64,000 nt of DNA, from positions 4,928,001 through 4,992,000 of the forward strand of contig CATQHZ020000001.1 of the NCBI GenBank assembly GCA_958296135.2, written 5' to 3'. Positions 18,801 to 27,044 of the stretch are shown piece after piece. This DNA comes from an uncultured Poribacteria bacterium. GTDB taxonomy: Bacteria > Poribacteria > WGA-4E > WGA-3G. The position numbers were made by a program, and so were the translations under genes. Numbering within the stretch: the stretch's first letter is position 1; each line of letters opens with the position of its first letter. The notes under the pieces were generated by a model. That model did no database searches. It had not been told where the DNA came from and saw only the letters and a program-made list of their open reading frames with translations.

Positions 18801-21574
18801 GACACGGCGGTATTGCCGATGTCAATGTCAAGCGGTGTCGGGGCATCCCCTGCAGTTTCCTCAAAAGTCACCGTGATACGAGAGAACCCTTCCGCTATGA
18901 CAGGAATGCGCTCGGTGGCTATCTCCATCGGCGGCGTTGTCAACGCGACGACGCTCGTAATTGATGGCAGCTCCGTATCCACATCTAAGCGGAATCGGTA
19001 GACAAACGGACGTGCACTGACGTTACCGACATAGTCTTGCGGCGTAACTGAGAGCGTGTAGTCTCCCGATGCCAGCAATTTTGAAAAATTAACGCTTACC
19101 GTGCTGTTGCGAGGGACAGCCCCTCGCGCGACGTTAACATTGAGGTTGATGGCGATGTCTGTTCCGCCCGGTCCTGTCAGCGTCACAGCGGTGTTGCCTA
19201 TGTCAATATCGTCTTCTTCAAACCCTACCGTGATGCGGGAGAACGCCTCTGCAATGACAGGAATGCGCTCTGCGCCCATGTCTGTCGGAGTTCCTGTCAA
19301 CGCCTGCACGGTGGTAATTCGCGGAAACTGGGTATCCACGTTGAACGTGAAATCCTCTGTCCACCGTTGCCCACTAAAATCTACGAACGTAGCAGTGATG
19401 GTGTATTCTCCATCCGCTGAGCCATCGTCGGGGAGGACGGCTTCCGTGCGCCAGGTCAGCCGTCGGTTCTCTTCGTCAGCAGGGGCGGGAGCGATGTTCC
19501 TCGGAATAGGCACGCCACCGGGGGATTTTACGACGAGCGTCGATGCATCAAAGTCTATGCCGACACCGATGTAGTCAACGAGCTCTACGGCGACGAGCCC
19601 CTCGGCAGCCGCGGTGAGACTGTTTACCGTTGACGTTTCCGGCCGGAGCAAGCGGATTTTGGGAGCCGTTTGACTCACCAAAAAGAACTCTCGACGTGCC
19701 GCCGCGCCCTGGTTTCCGGCACGATCGACCGGCGTAACCTCGATTACGTAAAGCCCATCATCTGAACCATCTACGGCGAAGGGAGCGAGGACTGTCAGCG
19801 TCGCTGTCTCTGTGCCGTTGCTCGTGATGTTTACCGGCACCTCCGTGTCGTTGTGCATGAGCCCGAAGGTGCTCTGGACGAAGTCAATGCCGCTGGTGCT
19901 TTCCTGGAGGTTCACCTGCACCTGCGTGAGGGACGACACCGTCTCGTTTGAGTCCGGAACGGTGGAGACAAGCGTCGGAATCTGTGTATCGTAGATAAAT
20001 TGGAAACTTTCAGTCTCCGTGTTACCGAGTCTATCTGCAACGGTGACATCAAGCGTGTAGATTCCATCTTGGCTTCCGTCTCTGCTGACAAGCGGCTGGG
20101 CTAACAAGAGAGCGACGCGGTTGTTATCCCGGTCTGGAATGATTTGGGGCTCGGGAGCAGGGGTTCCTCCTACTGGATGAAAAGTGATAGTTGCGCCTGT
20201 TTCCACATCTACCCCTGTCCCTGCACTTCCATCAGGATTGGCATCGCTAAACGTGGCGGCGATTTGGTAAAGGGGTGCCGAGTGATAGAGCCTCTTCTGA
20301 ATTCCGCTAAACGCCTCTCCCTCTTCACTTGCGCTTAAGGTGACAAGCTGCGGGGCGCGGTTGTCGTAGATGAAAGGCACCTGCGTCTCTGTCCGATTGC
20401 CGGCTTTGTCAACGGCATCGATGACTATCGTGTATTCGCCATCCTGTTCACCGTTCGTTGGAACTAACGGCGTGAGGAACTCCAAGCGGATTTTGTCTTC
20501 CGAAGGAGACACTTGCTGTCCCAAGACGGGCCTTTCGTCCGGCGCAGTCAAACGGATAGTTGAGGAACCGCGGCTGAGTCCATCCTCAAGGTTATCAGCA
20601 AGCGTTGCCTCAACGAATGTCACCTCCCCGTTTACGCCTCGGCTCGGCGGAATGTCCCCTTGACTAGTGGCTACGCTGATTAACGTGGGCGCGGCGGTAT
20701 CGTAGGTGAAAGTTGTCGTGCCTTCGGCGGGGTTTCCCGCTTGATCAACGATGGTATAAGATAAGGTGTAGGTGCCGTTTTCGCCCAGTGTATCCAGCTG
20801 ATTTCCTAAGGTCAGCGTGAGGGCTGTGCCTGTAAGCGTCGTCGCGCCGCTCAGCACCGTGCCATCTTCGGCAGTAAGACTGATTGCTGTCTGATTATCG
20901 GTGAAATCAATCTCGGTTCCGGATCCTTTGTCGGCTGTCACGGTGATGGAGCTGAGGGTTGCGGCGATGTAGCCGCCATCGACGAGGGTAACGTTTCCAT
21001 TTCCCTGCACGCGCGTAATGTTGGGTGGCTCCCGATCGATGATGATTGCAGCAGTTGCGCCCACCAGGTACTTGTTTGAATGCTCTGGCCCAACGGGGTT
21101 GAGAGCATTCCCCTGTTCCTCCATAGGCACGTGGGCAATGGTGAAACGAAGCTGCAACGTATAGGAACCGTCGGGTAGTTCTCTCCCGTTGCCATCTTCA
21201 CCATCCCAACGGTAGATATAACTCCCGCTGCTAGTTCGGAGGTTAGAATTGGGAACTTGAAACTCGGTGCCGTTTCGGAGGAATACGAGCTCCGTTTCGT
21301 GGACATCTTCGGAGATGCTATAGGAAACGTTGATGGTATCTTGGACACCGTCGTTGTTGGGCGAAAATTGGTGTGCATCAACACTGATGGAGGCCCGAAC
21401 ATCCCAGGCTTCTCCAAAAGCGTCATGCGGTTGAGTTTGCCCCACATGTGCTTCTGACGGAACAGCAAGCATGATAAAAAAGGTTAGACAGATGACTCCC
21501 TGAATTAGGGCTGTTAATAGCACGTGGTAGTTTTTCATGGATGTATTATTGTTTCTTGGCACTGGTTTCTCCAT
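12803..21574 (-). CDS. Giant secreted Ig-like repeat surface protein/adhesin (2923 aa) with FlgD-Ig/T9SS-like C-terminal domain
   Basis: Signal peptide, N-terminal FSPNNDGVQD/FlgD-like domain, many DG.Y.(V/I).V...D.AGN Ig repeats. C-terminus WPNPL...IYDWSGD.V...WNLRNQAGNPVARGIYIFRL...GKVLVVD. Confidence 0.85.
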   Translation of the reverse strand: MEKPVPRNNNTSMKNYHVLLTALIQGVICLTFFIMLAVPSEAHVGQTQPHDAFGEAWDVRASISVDAHQFSPNNDGVQDTINVSYSISEDVHETELVFLRNGTEFQVPNSNLRTSSGSYIYRWDGEDGNGRELPDGSYTLQLRFTIAHVPMEEQGNALNPVGPEHSNKYLVGATAAIIIDREPPNITRVQGNGNVTLVDGGYIAATLSSITVTADKGSGTEIDFTDNQTAISLTAEDGTVLSGATTLTGTALTLTLGNQLDTLGENGTYTLSYTIVDQAGNPAEGTTTFTYDTAAPTLISVATSQGDIPPSRGVNGEVTFVEATLADNLEDGLSRGSSTIRLTAPDERPVLGQQVSPSEDKIRLEFLTPLVPTNGEQDGEYTIVIDAVDKAGNRTETQVPFIYDNRAPQLVTLSASEEGEAFSGIQKRLYHSAPLYQIAATFSDANPDGSAGTGVDVETGATITFHPVGGTPAPEPQIIPDRDNNRVALLLAQPLVSRDGSQDGIYTLDVTVADRLGNTETESFQFIYDTQIPTLVSTVPDSNETVSSLTQVQVNLQESTSGIDFVQSTFGLMHNDTEVPVNITSNGTETATLTVLAPFAVDGSDDGLYVIEVTPVDRAGNQGAAARREFFLVSQTAPKIRLLRPETSTVNSLTAAAEGLVAVELVDYIGVGIDFDASTLVVKSPGGVPIPRNIAPAPADEENRRLTWRTEAVLPDDGSADGEYTITATFVDFSGQRWTEDFTFNVDTQFPRITTVQALTGTPTDMGAERIPVIAEAFSRITVGFEEDDIDIGNTAVTLTGPGGTDIAINLNVNVARGAVPRNSTVSVNFSKLLASGDYTLSVTPQDYVGNVSARPFVYRFRLDVDTELPSITSVVALTTPPMEIATERIPVIAEGFSRITVTFEETAGDAPTPLDIDIGNTAVSLTGPDGEAIAINVTHDGKSSLTLNFSRLTASGNYSLSVTPQDYAGNVSPRPFVYPFRLDVALPRVSAVAIGGKIGTVVYVNGGATSIVATLTAPTGTGLAFGNEGSRISVTNADGTEIPGVTTVQGTTELVWQAIGQPTDGTADGRYTVTVTPVDKAGRQGEVARRQFIYDTQSPQITDAAPLSLTAPVTFVTAGFASDTELSFTVADVGPAGVEMSEQTAQLLGADGTALSAVVTRNQTDRMFLTFTEPLAVDGSADGSYSIAVSLVDRAGNETQANYAVVYDTQVPQVSDVTLNTAEPTRLVATQPTVITELGFSELEIAFEEATTRVDFANTTMTLTGPENETLPLTLTPKGTTQVTARFVAPQALGVYTLSITPQDIAGNVARGAVTYRFRLDVNVPSVISVRIDGKVGGIVYVNGEATSIVATLVDPSGAGIALGEGGSTITVANAAGTPVPGTTTDNGVAELTWVPGVLPLDGTADGRYTVTITPRDKAGRQGAAVYRQFVFDTQPPRVTEATPIVLNQPRTYVNASFSQNPQVRFTVADVGPAALDLAAQQVHFRAPDGDEVPSALKHNETDQVFLTLTDPLPIDGSADGTYTVTLTLVDRAGNETQADYAVVYDTQVPQVSDVTLNTAEPTRLVATQPTVITELGFSELEIAFEEATTRVDFANTTVTLTNPEDETLSLTLMPVTVAQEPVPLEPQSTVLRAQFVAPQALGIYTLSITPQDIAGNTARGAVTYRFRLDVDLPSVTSVRIDGKVGGIVYVNGEATSIVATLVDPSGAGIALGEGGSTITVANAAGTPVPGTTTDNGVAELTWVPGVLPLDGTADGRYTVTITPRDKAGRQGAAVYRQFVFDTQPPRVTEATPIVLNQPRTYVNASFSQNPQVRFTVADVGPAALDLAAQRVHFRAPDGDEVPSALKHNETDQVFLTLTDPLPIDGSADGTYTVTLTLVDRAGNETQADYAVVYDTQVPQVSGVTLNTAEPTRLVATQPTVITELGFSELEIAFEEATTRVDFANTTVTLTNPEDETLSLTLMPVTVAQEPVPLEPQSTVLRAQFVAPQALGIYTLSITPQDIAGNTARGAVTYRFRLDVDLPSVTSVRIDGKAGGIVYVNGEATSIVAMLADPSGAGVALGEGGSTITVANAAGTPVPGTTTDDGVDALTWVPSALPLDGTADGRYTVTITPRDKAGRQGAAVYRQFVFDTQPPEITDASPMDMSQPVTYLSAPSALAQLSVTVADVGPAEFWVEEQSMTLLDAAGSQVPTDLTHNETDRLFLTLPQPLAKDGSEDGEYTVRVTLVDKSGNRYEAEHSIVYDTQAPQLVSTVPADGDILTDDVSQVEATLEDAGGSGIDFSATTLTLVAPGGTSITGALSNNGESELTLNLNPLVEDGRYRIRVQVRDRAGNGDALRFERSFLLSRTLPSVVSTEPVTAPAEDAFTNEKISRIEVELESADAKTEARHLSTLRLLGPGARVIPGQQQRDASRLTYTLARPLAQDGSEDGIYTIEFTPISASGRSGDAQSLTFTYDTEAPELETEDIQLVVTESGVNNSLTEIQVKLTDNQSGIDWENLDDDWLSFERISPNGGKTISGKVEDASQDTLRFRLTTPLADDGSNDGEYRITVSPKDRAGNSSAPYEKVFTYDTAPPVIDDSTLLINGAPLLVDANALDYPTAISTTGGVVIQANMFDDGLGVNLAQSRIVVKAPGGAQLAGTTQQNGVDTLVFKSAGLTTRGLYQVTVTSVGNDAEFLGFAPQDSITTEFLYETTAPTATLTSDGGVKELTDEALPLEGTATDPSGTQRIGDNEQQVPASGVWLVEIVGTGPDEQPIDPVPAVDDSNAEEEPWSRWSLDFLPSRSGEYDLDVRVTDKAGNYEVYDIGKYTMSVSLTFRGSTFGWPNPLRISRGDVAFFSFDVNVPMGDTVELTLSIYDWSGDMVLSQTYPDVVSGMRNDQLLKWNLRNQAGNPVARGIYIFRLEAFNATGNRANVVGKVLVVD
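15131..18000 (-). repeat. Near-identical 1047-bp (349-aa) internal tandem repeats in the giant protein
   Basis: Identical antisense ORFs recur at 15131/16178/17225 and 15267/16314/17361 (offset 1047). Confidence 0.9.
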
Positions 21575-21706
21575 GGCATTCTGTTCATTGAAACATGGGG
21601 AGCCGAATTGTCCCCTGGAGACTGCGAGGGACAGACCCCCGCGCTACGGTATGAAAACGGGTTTAAAAATGGGACGAAATTCGCCCCCGAATTCGCGGTT
21701 TAACAG

Positions 21707-21736
21707 ATTAGACGCAGAACTCTGAAAAAGGTTGAA
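21707..21736 (-). promoter_or_regulatory. Candidate ECF-sigma promoter upstream of the giant protein
   Basis: Minus strand TTCAAC-CTTTTTCAGAGTTCTG-CGTCTAAT fits the ECF AAC-16/17 bp-CGT pattern. Confidence 0.5.
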
Positions 21737-22032
21737 AAAAAGTATCAATTCTCTATCGGGCTGCTCAAACTTTTTTCACGATGCGTGCATAACCTTTTAA
21801 AATGTTGCCGGAGCGGTGTGACGCTCGGGTCTTCGCAAGGTCAGGAGGTTATGCACATTTTATTGTGCGCGTTGGTTAGGCACGCGGTTGGTAAACGTTA
21901 TCTCTATCTCTCTGTCGGCGCGAGGGGTTCGCGCGGGGTTGCGTCAAAACGTTTGTTTTCACAGATTGGTGTTTATGCGCGGGAGAGGGTTTCTCTCTCC
22001 CACGCGCGAGGGTCAGAGCCGGGGTGGCGGCC

Positions 22033-22842
22033 CTATCTTTTGAGCCGGGCGATGGCCTCCTCCAAGTTCCGTATTCGAATCTCTGTAGGGAATGGATCTG
22101 TAAGTGCCAGACCCAATTGTTTCTCCAATTTTGGCAGGATGATGTGTTTGACGATACCGTCTAACTCCACCCGGTGCCGGGCCCCGATATGGCCCAAGAC
22201 ATGAGGGGCAACATACACGCCCATGGCCTCATCGTCCTCTTCGTCCAGATAGGGGAGGAGGTAGGGGACAACGGGCGGGCCCATGGCGATGAGGGCTTCG
22301 CGGACAGGGGCAGTTCCTATCTTACCCCCACACTGATAAGCGACGAGGGTTTCGATGGACCGCGGGTCGCGGAGATAGGCGAGTTCGTTTAGCAAGTCGC
22401 CGATTTCTTCTGCATGGGCCTCGCTCTCAAGAGAGTCGACTATCGGTGTCAATTGTTGGACGAGCCCTGGGGTTCGGGGGTCTGCGTTGCCGCCCCAGGC
22501 GAAGGGGTTGTCGGCGATTTCGTCAAGTTGTGCCCAGGCTTTGGCAACCGGGTCTTCGGTGTCTGCCTCGGCGAGGTTTTCGGGTTTGCTTGCCTCGTGC
22601 GGGCTGCCGGTGCTGGGTTTCCAGTCAACGCTGGGTATCAGGTCACCGGTGTCGTTATCGTGTGCATCGTCGGGTTTCCAGTCACCGTCGGGTTTCCCGT
22701 GGCCGCCGGTTTCGGTGTCATCGGCGGGTGGTGGCACGGGGAGTGCTGCGTCGAATTGCTGCTGCCAGTCGGCGTAGAAGTAGAGGGCGAGGCAGAGCGC
22801 GAGCAGGAGGCAGATTGCGCTGATGAGGGTTTTGCCGTTCAT
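22033..22842 (-). CDS. Membrane-anchored HEAT-repeat-like protein, array 2 copy
   Basis: Paralogue of 8030..8830, ATG 22842 after AGGAGA. Confidence 0.8.
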   Translation of the reverse strand: MNGKTLISAICLLLALCLALYFYADWQQQFDAALPVPPPADDTETGGHGKPDGDWKPDDAHDNDTGDLIPSVDWKPSTGSPHEASKPENLAEADTEDPVAKAWAQLDEIADNPFAWGGNADPRTPGLVQQLTPIVDSLESEAHAEEIGDLLNELAYLRDPRSIETLVAYQCGGKIGTAPVREALIAMGPPVVPYLLPYLDEEDDEAMGVYVAPHVLGHIGARHRVELDGIVKHIILPKLEKQLGLALTDPFPTEIRIRNLEEAIARLKR

Positions 22843-22958
22843 GAGGGTTCTCCTTTGGAAACGTTTTTGTGTCAAAACGTTTGTTTTGACGGATTGGTAT
22901 TTATGCGTGGGAGAGGGTTTCTCTCCCGCGCGCGACGGTAACTGTCGGAGTTATGTCC

Positions 22959-23753
22959 CTATTGTTTGAGGGCGACGATGGCCTCCTTCACGCGCCCCTG
23001 CTTATAAGAGCTTATAAATCCCTCTGCGAGCAGCTGCTCGAATCTTGGGAGGATAATGTGTTCGACGATACCGTCTAGGTCTGCCCGGTGCTGGGTCCCG
23101 ATTGCGCTTAAGATCCTGGCGGCTTTCAGTACGCCCTTAGAACCTTTTTTCTCCTTAAGTGCCTCGTCCAGATAGGGGACGAGGTGTGGGACCACGGGGG
23201 GGCCCAGGGCGATGAGGGTTTGGGTAGCAAGGCCGGAGCTCATGCCGCTGTCGCATTGATAGGCGACGAGTGCCTCAATGGCGTTGGGATCTCGGAGTTT
23301 GGCGAGATCCGTCAGCACGAAGCTGAGGTCCATTGCGTGTGCTTCGCTCCTCATTCCCCTGGGTGGCGGCCATTCGAGTTGCGCGATGAGTTCGTCGGTT
23401 TGGGGGTGTGCGGTTCCTCCCCATGCGAATCGGTTCTCGGCGATTTCGTCGAGTTTTGCCCAGGCTTTAGCGATGGGGTCGTCTGGGTCGAGTTCGCCGA
23501 GGTTTTCGGGTCTGACGAGTTCTCGCGGTTCGATATGTTGTTGCCAGTCGTCGCTGGGTATCAGGTCACCGGTGTCGTTATCGTGTGCATCGTCGCCGGG
23601 TTTCCCGTGGCCGCCGGGTTGTTCGTCGGCGGCGGGGGGTGGCACGGGGAGTGCTGCGTCGAATCGCTGCTGCTGCCAGTCGGCGTAGAAGTAGAGGGCG
23701 AGGCAGAACGCGAGTAGGAGGCAGATTGCGCTGATGAGGGTTTTGCCGTTCAT
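22959..23753 (-). CDS. Membrane-anchored HEAT-repeat-like protein, array 2 divergent copy
   Basis: Same N-terminal anchor, divergent helical domain (LRDPNAIEAL, LIALGPPVVPHLVPYL). Confidence 0.8.
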   Translation of the reverse strand: MNGKTLISAICLLLAFCLALYFYADWQQQRFDAALPVPPPAADEQPGGHGKPGDDAHDNDTGDLIPSDDWQQHIEPRELVRPENLGELDPDDPIAKAWAKLDEIAENRFAWGGTAHPQTDELIAQLEWPPPRGMRSEAHAMDLSFVLTDLAKLRDPNAIEALVAYQCDSGMSSGLATQTLIALGPPVVPHLVPYLDEALKEKKGSKGVLKAARILSAIGTQHRADLDGIVEHIILPRFEQLLAEGFISSYKQGRVKEAIVALKQ

Positions 23754-23928
23754 GAGGGTTCTCCTTTGGAAACGTTTTTGTGTCAAAACGTTTGTTTTGA
23801 CGGGTTTGTGTTTATGTGTGGGAGAGGGTTTCTCTCCCGCGCGCGACGGTAATGGTACCGCAGGCATCGAGACCGGGAGGGCTCTCCTACCGGGCCCGCG
23901 CGCGATGGTGAGGGCCGGGGTGGTGGCC

Positions 23929-24747
23929 CTATCTTTTGAGCCGGGCGATGGCCTCCTCCAAGTCCCGTATTCGAATCTCTGTAGGGAATGGATCTGTAAG
24001 TGCCAGCCCCAATTGTTTCTCCAATTTTGGCAGGATGATGTGTTTGACGATACCGTCTAACTCCACCCGGTGCTGGGCCCCGATATGGCCCAAGACATGA
24101 GAGGCAACATACACGCCCATGGCCTCATCGTCCTCTTCGTCTAGATAGGGGAGGAGGTAGGGGACAACGGGCGGCCCCATGGCGATGAGGGCTTCGCGGA
24201 CAGGGGCAGTTCCTATCTTACCCCCACACTGATAAGCGACGAGGGTTTCGATGGACCGCGGGTCGCGGAGATAGGCGAGTTCGTTTAGCAGTCCCAAGAT
24301 TTCTTCTGCATGGGCCTCGCTCTCAAGATAGTCAACTATCGGTGTCAATTGTTGGACGAGCCCTGGGGTTCGGGGGTCTGCGGTGCCGCCCCAGGCGAAG
24401 GGATTTTCGGCGAGTTCGTCAAGTTTTGCCCAGGCTTTGGCAACCGGGTCCTCGGTGTCTGCCTCGGCGAGGTTTTCGGGTTTGCTTGCCTCGTGCGGGC
24501 TGCCGGTGCTGGGTTGCCAGTCGTCGCTGGGGATGAGTTCAGTTTCACCGGTGTCGTCATGTGCATCGTCGGCGGGTTTCCATTCGCCATCAGGTTTCCC
24601 GTGGCCGCCGGTTTCGGTGTCATCAGCGGGTGGTGGCACGGGGAGTGCTGCGTCGAATCGCTGCTGCTGCCAGTCGGCGTAGAAGTAGAGGGCGAGGCAG
24701 AGCGCGAGGAGGAGGCAGATTGCGCTGATGAGGGTTTTGCCGTTCAT
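23929..24747 (-). CDS. Membrane-anchored HEAT-repeat-like protein, array 2 first gene
   Basis: Paralogue, C-terminal half nearly identical to 22033..22842. Confidence 0.8.
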   Translation of the reverse strand: MNGKTLISAICLLLALCLALYFYADWQQQRFDAALPVPPPADDTETGGHGKPDGEWKPADDAHDDTGETELIPSDDWQPSTGSPHEASKPENLAEADTEDPVAKAWAKLDELAENPFAWGGTADPRTPGLVQQLTPIVDYLESEAHAEEILGLLNELAYLRDPRSIETLVAYQCGGKIGTAPVREALIAMGPPVVPYLLPYLDEEDDEAMGVYVASHVLGHIGAQHRVELDGIVKHIILPKLEKQLGLALTDPFPTEIRIRDLEEAIARLKR

Positions 24748-24785
24748 GAGGGTTCTCCTATTGGAAACGTTTTATAGCAATCAAG

Positions 24786-24896
24786 TCGAGACCAGGAGGT
24801 CTCTCCTACCGAAGGGAAGTCGAGACCGGGAGGTCTTTCCTACAAGCGAGGTCTCTCCTACAAGAGGGCATCGAGACCGGGAGGGCTCTCCTACGG
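24786..24896. repeat. REP family-2 tandem units
   Basis: Repeated tcgagacc(a/g)ggaggtctctcctac. Confidence 0.8.
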
Positions 24897-24905
24897 GACT
24901 CCGCT

Positions 24906-25107
24906 TCATCTCGGTTGCCAGGAGATGAAGAGGTGTTGTTCGTTGAGCACTAACGTGATGCGCCGGTTGTCCTTTTCAAGGACGACCTGTTTGGGTGCAA
25001 TCATAACCAAACGCCAGCCGTTTTGGGACACATCATCGAGCGTGACGAAGTGAATCTGTTGCGTGTCGACAGATTTCAAGACGGCTTGATAGTGATTGCG
25101 TTCGTCT
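24906..25107 (-). pseudogene. 5'-deleted copy of the GspC/PilP-like gene 8935..9417
   Basis: DNA nearly identical to 8935-9136. Joined directly to the RBS segment ggtttgatttctcct with the start and TM region missing. Confidence 0.8.
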
Positions 25108-25633
25108 TTGCGGTTTGATTTCTCCTGGTGCGTGGGTTAGGTGCGCGGTTGGTAAACGTTATCTACGGGCCGCGTGATCGATTTCGCGCGGGTGCTGTGA
25201 AAAATTGCAATCATGTTTAAATGATACCACATTTTTGCTCGTTTGCCAAGTCATCATTTCGCGCGACAGTCGCGCGATTGTTTTTTATTTTCATTAAAAC
25301 CGCGTGTTATGTCAAAAAATGCAAGGGCGTTTTTTTCATATAACGGGCGCAATTGAATAATAGCGTTGCCAACCTTGATGATGCGCAATCGTTTATTTCT
25401 CATCGAAAACGGGCGGATATAGAAATCCGACCTTACTAACGTTTTCAGGTTTTCGCTGCGGTTTTGCGCGAGTGACGTAATAATTCTATCATTTTTGCGA
25501 TTTTTGTCAAAAACGTGAAAAAAGTAAAGTTGAGGGAGCGCGAGGGACAGGTTTTCCCTCGCGCTACGGTTTAATGAGCCGGCCGGGAGCGCGCGGGGGA
25601 CAGGTCTTCCCTCGCGCTACGGCTTAATGAGCC

Positions 25634-26641
25634 CTACCCAATCTCCCCATTCGCGACCATCGTCAATAAGGCAGAATCGTCCGTCGTGAGCGGTAAATGA
25701 ATCTTCGCGCGCCGGCGGCTGGACTCATACGTCGCGAAGATGAGCTCTGTCGCTTGCAGTGCCTTGCGGCCGCTTAACTCTGGCTCACGGCCCGTCTTGA
25801 TGCAGTGGACAAGATCGAGGACGGAGAGCGTCGTCGCATCGCGTTCGGGAACCAAACCGCTGAGATTGGGCTGTTCCCAGTCGGCACCCTCGCGGAGGAT
25901 GCGAATCGGCGCGCCACCGCCGCCGACATCAATGATACCCTTCGTGCCGATAAGCCGATTGGCAAAGCCGGATAAGCCGGTCCCGCCAGTAGCCAGTAAC
26001 CCTTCCACGCCGTTTTTCCAGCGCAGCCACGATATGCCGCTTGTCTCTACCTGCGTTCCGAAAACGGTTCGTTCTTCGGCTACATCTATTTGACCGGTAA
26101 CCCAGTCAATGGGTTCGTCATTATTGTAAAAAAAGAACATGTCAAACCAATGCGTTCCCCAGTCAAGCAAATTTGGGCAGGCGGCTTCAAGCCGCCGCAA
26201 TTCGCCGATTGCGCCTTCATTCGCGAGCCGTTTCGCCTTGATGAACTGCGCGCCGAACCGGCGTTGATGGCAGAACGTGATGACGACATCGTTGTCAACG
26301 CACGCCTGATAAAGTGCCTTCGCCTCGCCCCAGGTCGGTGCCATCGGTTTCTCGCAGTGGATCGCCTTGATTCCGCTGTTGGCGGCAGCGATAACCATGT
26401 CCTTATGGAGGGCAATCCACGTGCAGACGCTGACGAAATCAAGCGATTCGTTGTCTAGCATTTCCTGATAGTTTTCGTAGGTATTCGGCACGTCAAACTG
26501 CTCGGCGAAAGCGTTGCGTGCGTCTTCAACCGGGTCAGAACACGCGACGATGTCGACATCTGGGGATGCCTCATAGCCGCGTGCGTGCGAGCGTCCGCGC
26601 CCGCCGCATCCGATGATACCTGCTTTGAAGGTGGTTTCCAT
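25634..26641 (-). CDS. Gfo/Idh/MocA family oxidoreductase
   Basis: GIIGCGGRGRSH Rossmann motif, IHCEKPMA, GTHWFD. AGGAGA RBS before ATG 26641. Confidence 0.9.
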   Translation of the reverse strand: METTFKAGIIGCGGRGRSHARGYEASPDVDIVACSDPVEDARNAFAEQFDVPNTYENYQEMLDNESLDFVSVCTWIALHKDMVIAAANSGIKAIHCEKPMAPTWGEAKALYQACVDNDVVITFCHQRRFGAQFIKAKRLANEGAIGELRRLEAACPNLLDWGTHWFDMFFFYNNDEPIDWVTGQIDVAEERTVFGTQVETSGISWLRWKNGVEGLLATGGTGLSGFANRLIGTKGIIDVGGGGAPIRILREGADWEQPNLSGLVPERDATTLSVLDLVHCIKTGREPELSGRKALQATELIFATYESSRRRAKIHLPLTTDDSALLTMVANGEIG

Positions 26642-26664
26642 GCACATTCTCCTTTTCGCCCCTG

Positions 26665-27043
26665 TAACCGTAGGCGAGGGACAGGCCCTCGCAGTGTGCT
26701 TTGATCGGGAGATTGCGAGAGACAGGTTTTCCCTCGCGCTACGACTTAAGGGAGCTGTATCACAAGTTAGGTTAAAACGCAAGTAACGTTTTTCACGGCC
26801 CAGGACCCTTTAGTTTTCGATTTCTGTGGGATATTGCGAAAATCCACAATGCTCCCTCTCAGTAGGTAAGACTCGCTCGAACAACAGAATGAGAGAACAA
26901 AGACAGGCCGTTCTCCCCGGTAGGAGAGACCGCCCGCGTCTCGATGCACCCCTGCACCGTCCACACAAGGCGGGCGCGCCTCCCGCTCCCAGACACAGGC
27001 CGCGTTCTCCCCGGTAGGAGAGACCTCCCGCGTCTCGATGCAC
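26665..27043. repeat. REP clusters (families 1 and 2)
   Basis: gcgagggacaggccctcgc and two copies of cggtaggagagacc.cccgcgtctcgatgcacc. Confidence 0.75.
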
Positions 27044-27044
27044 C

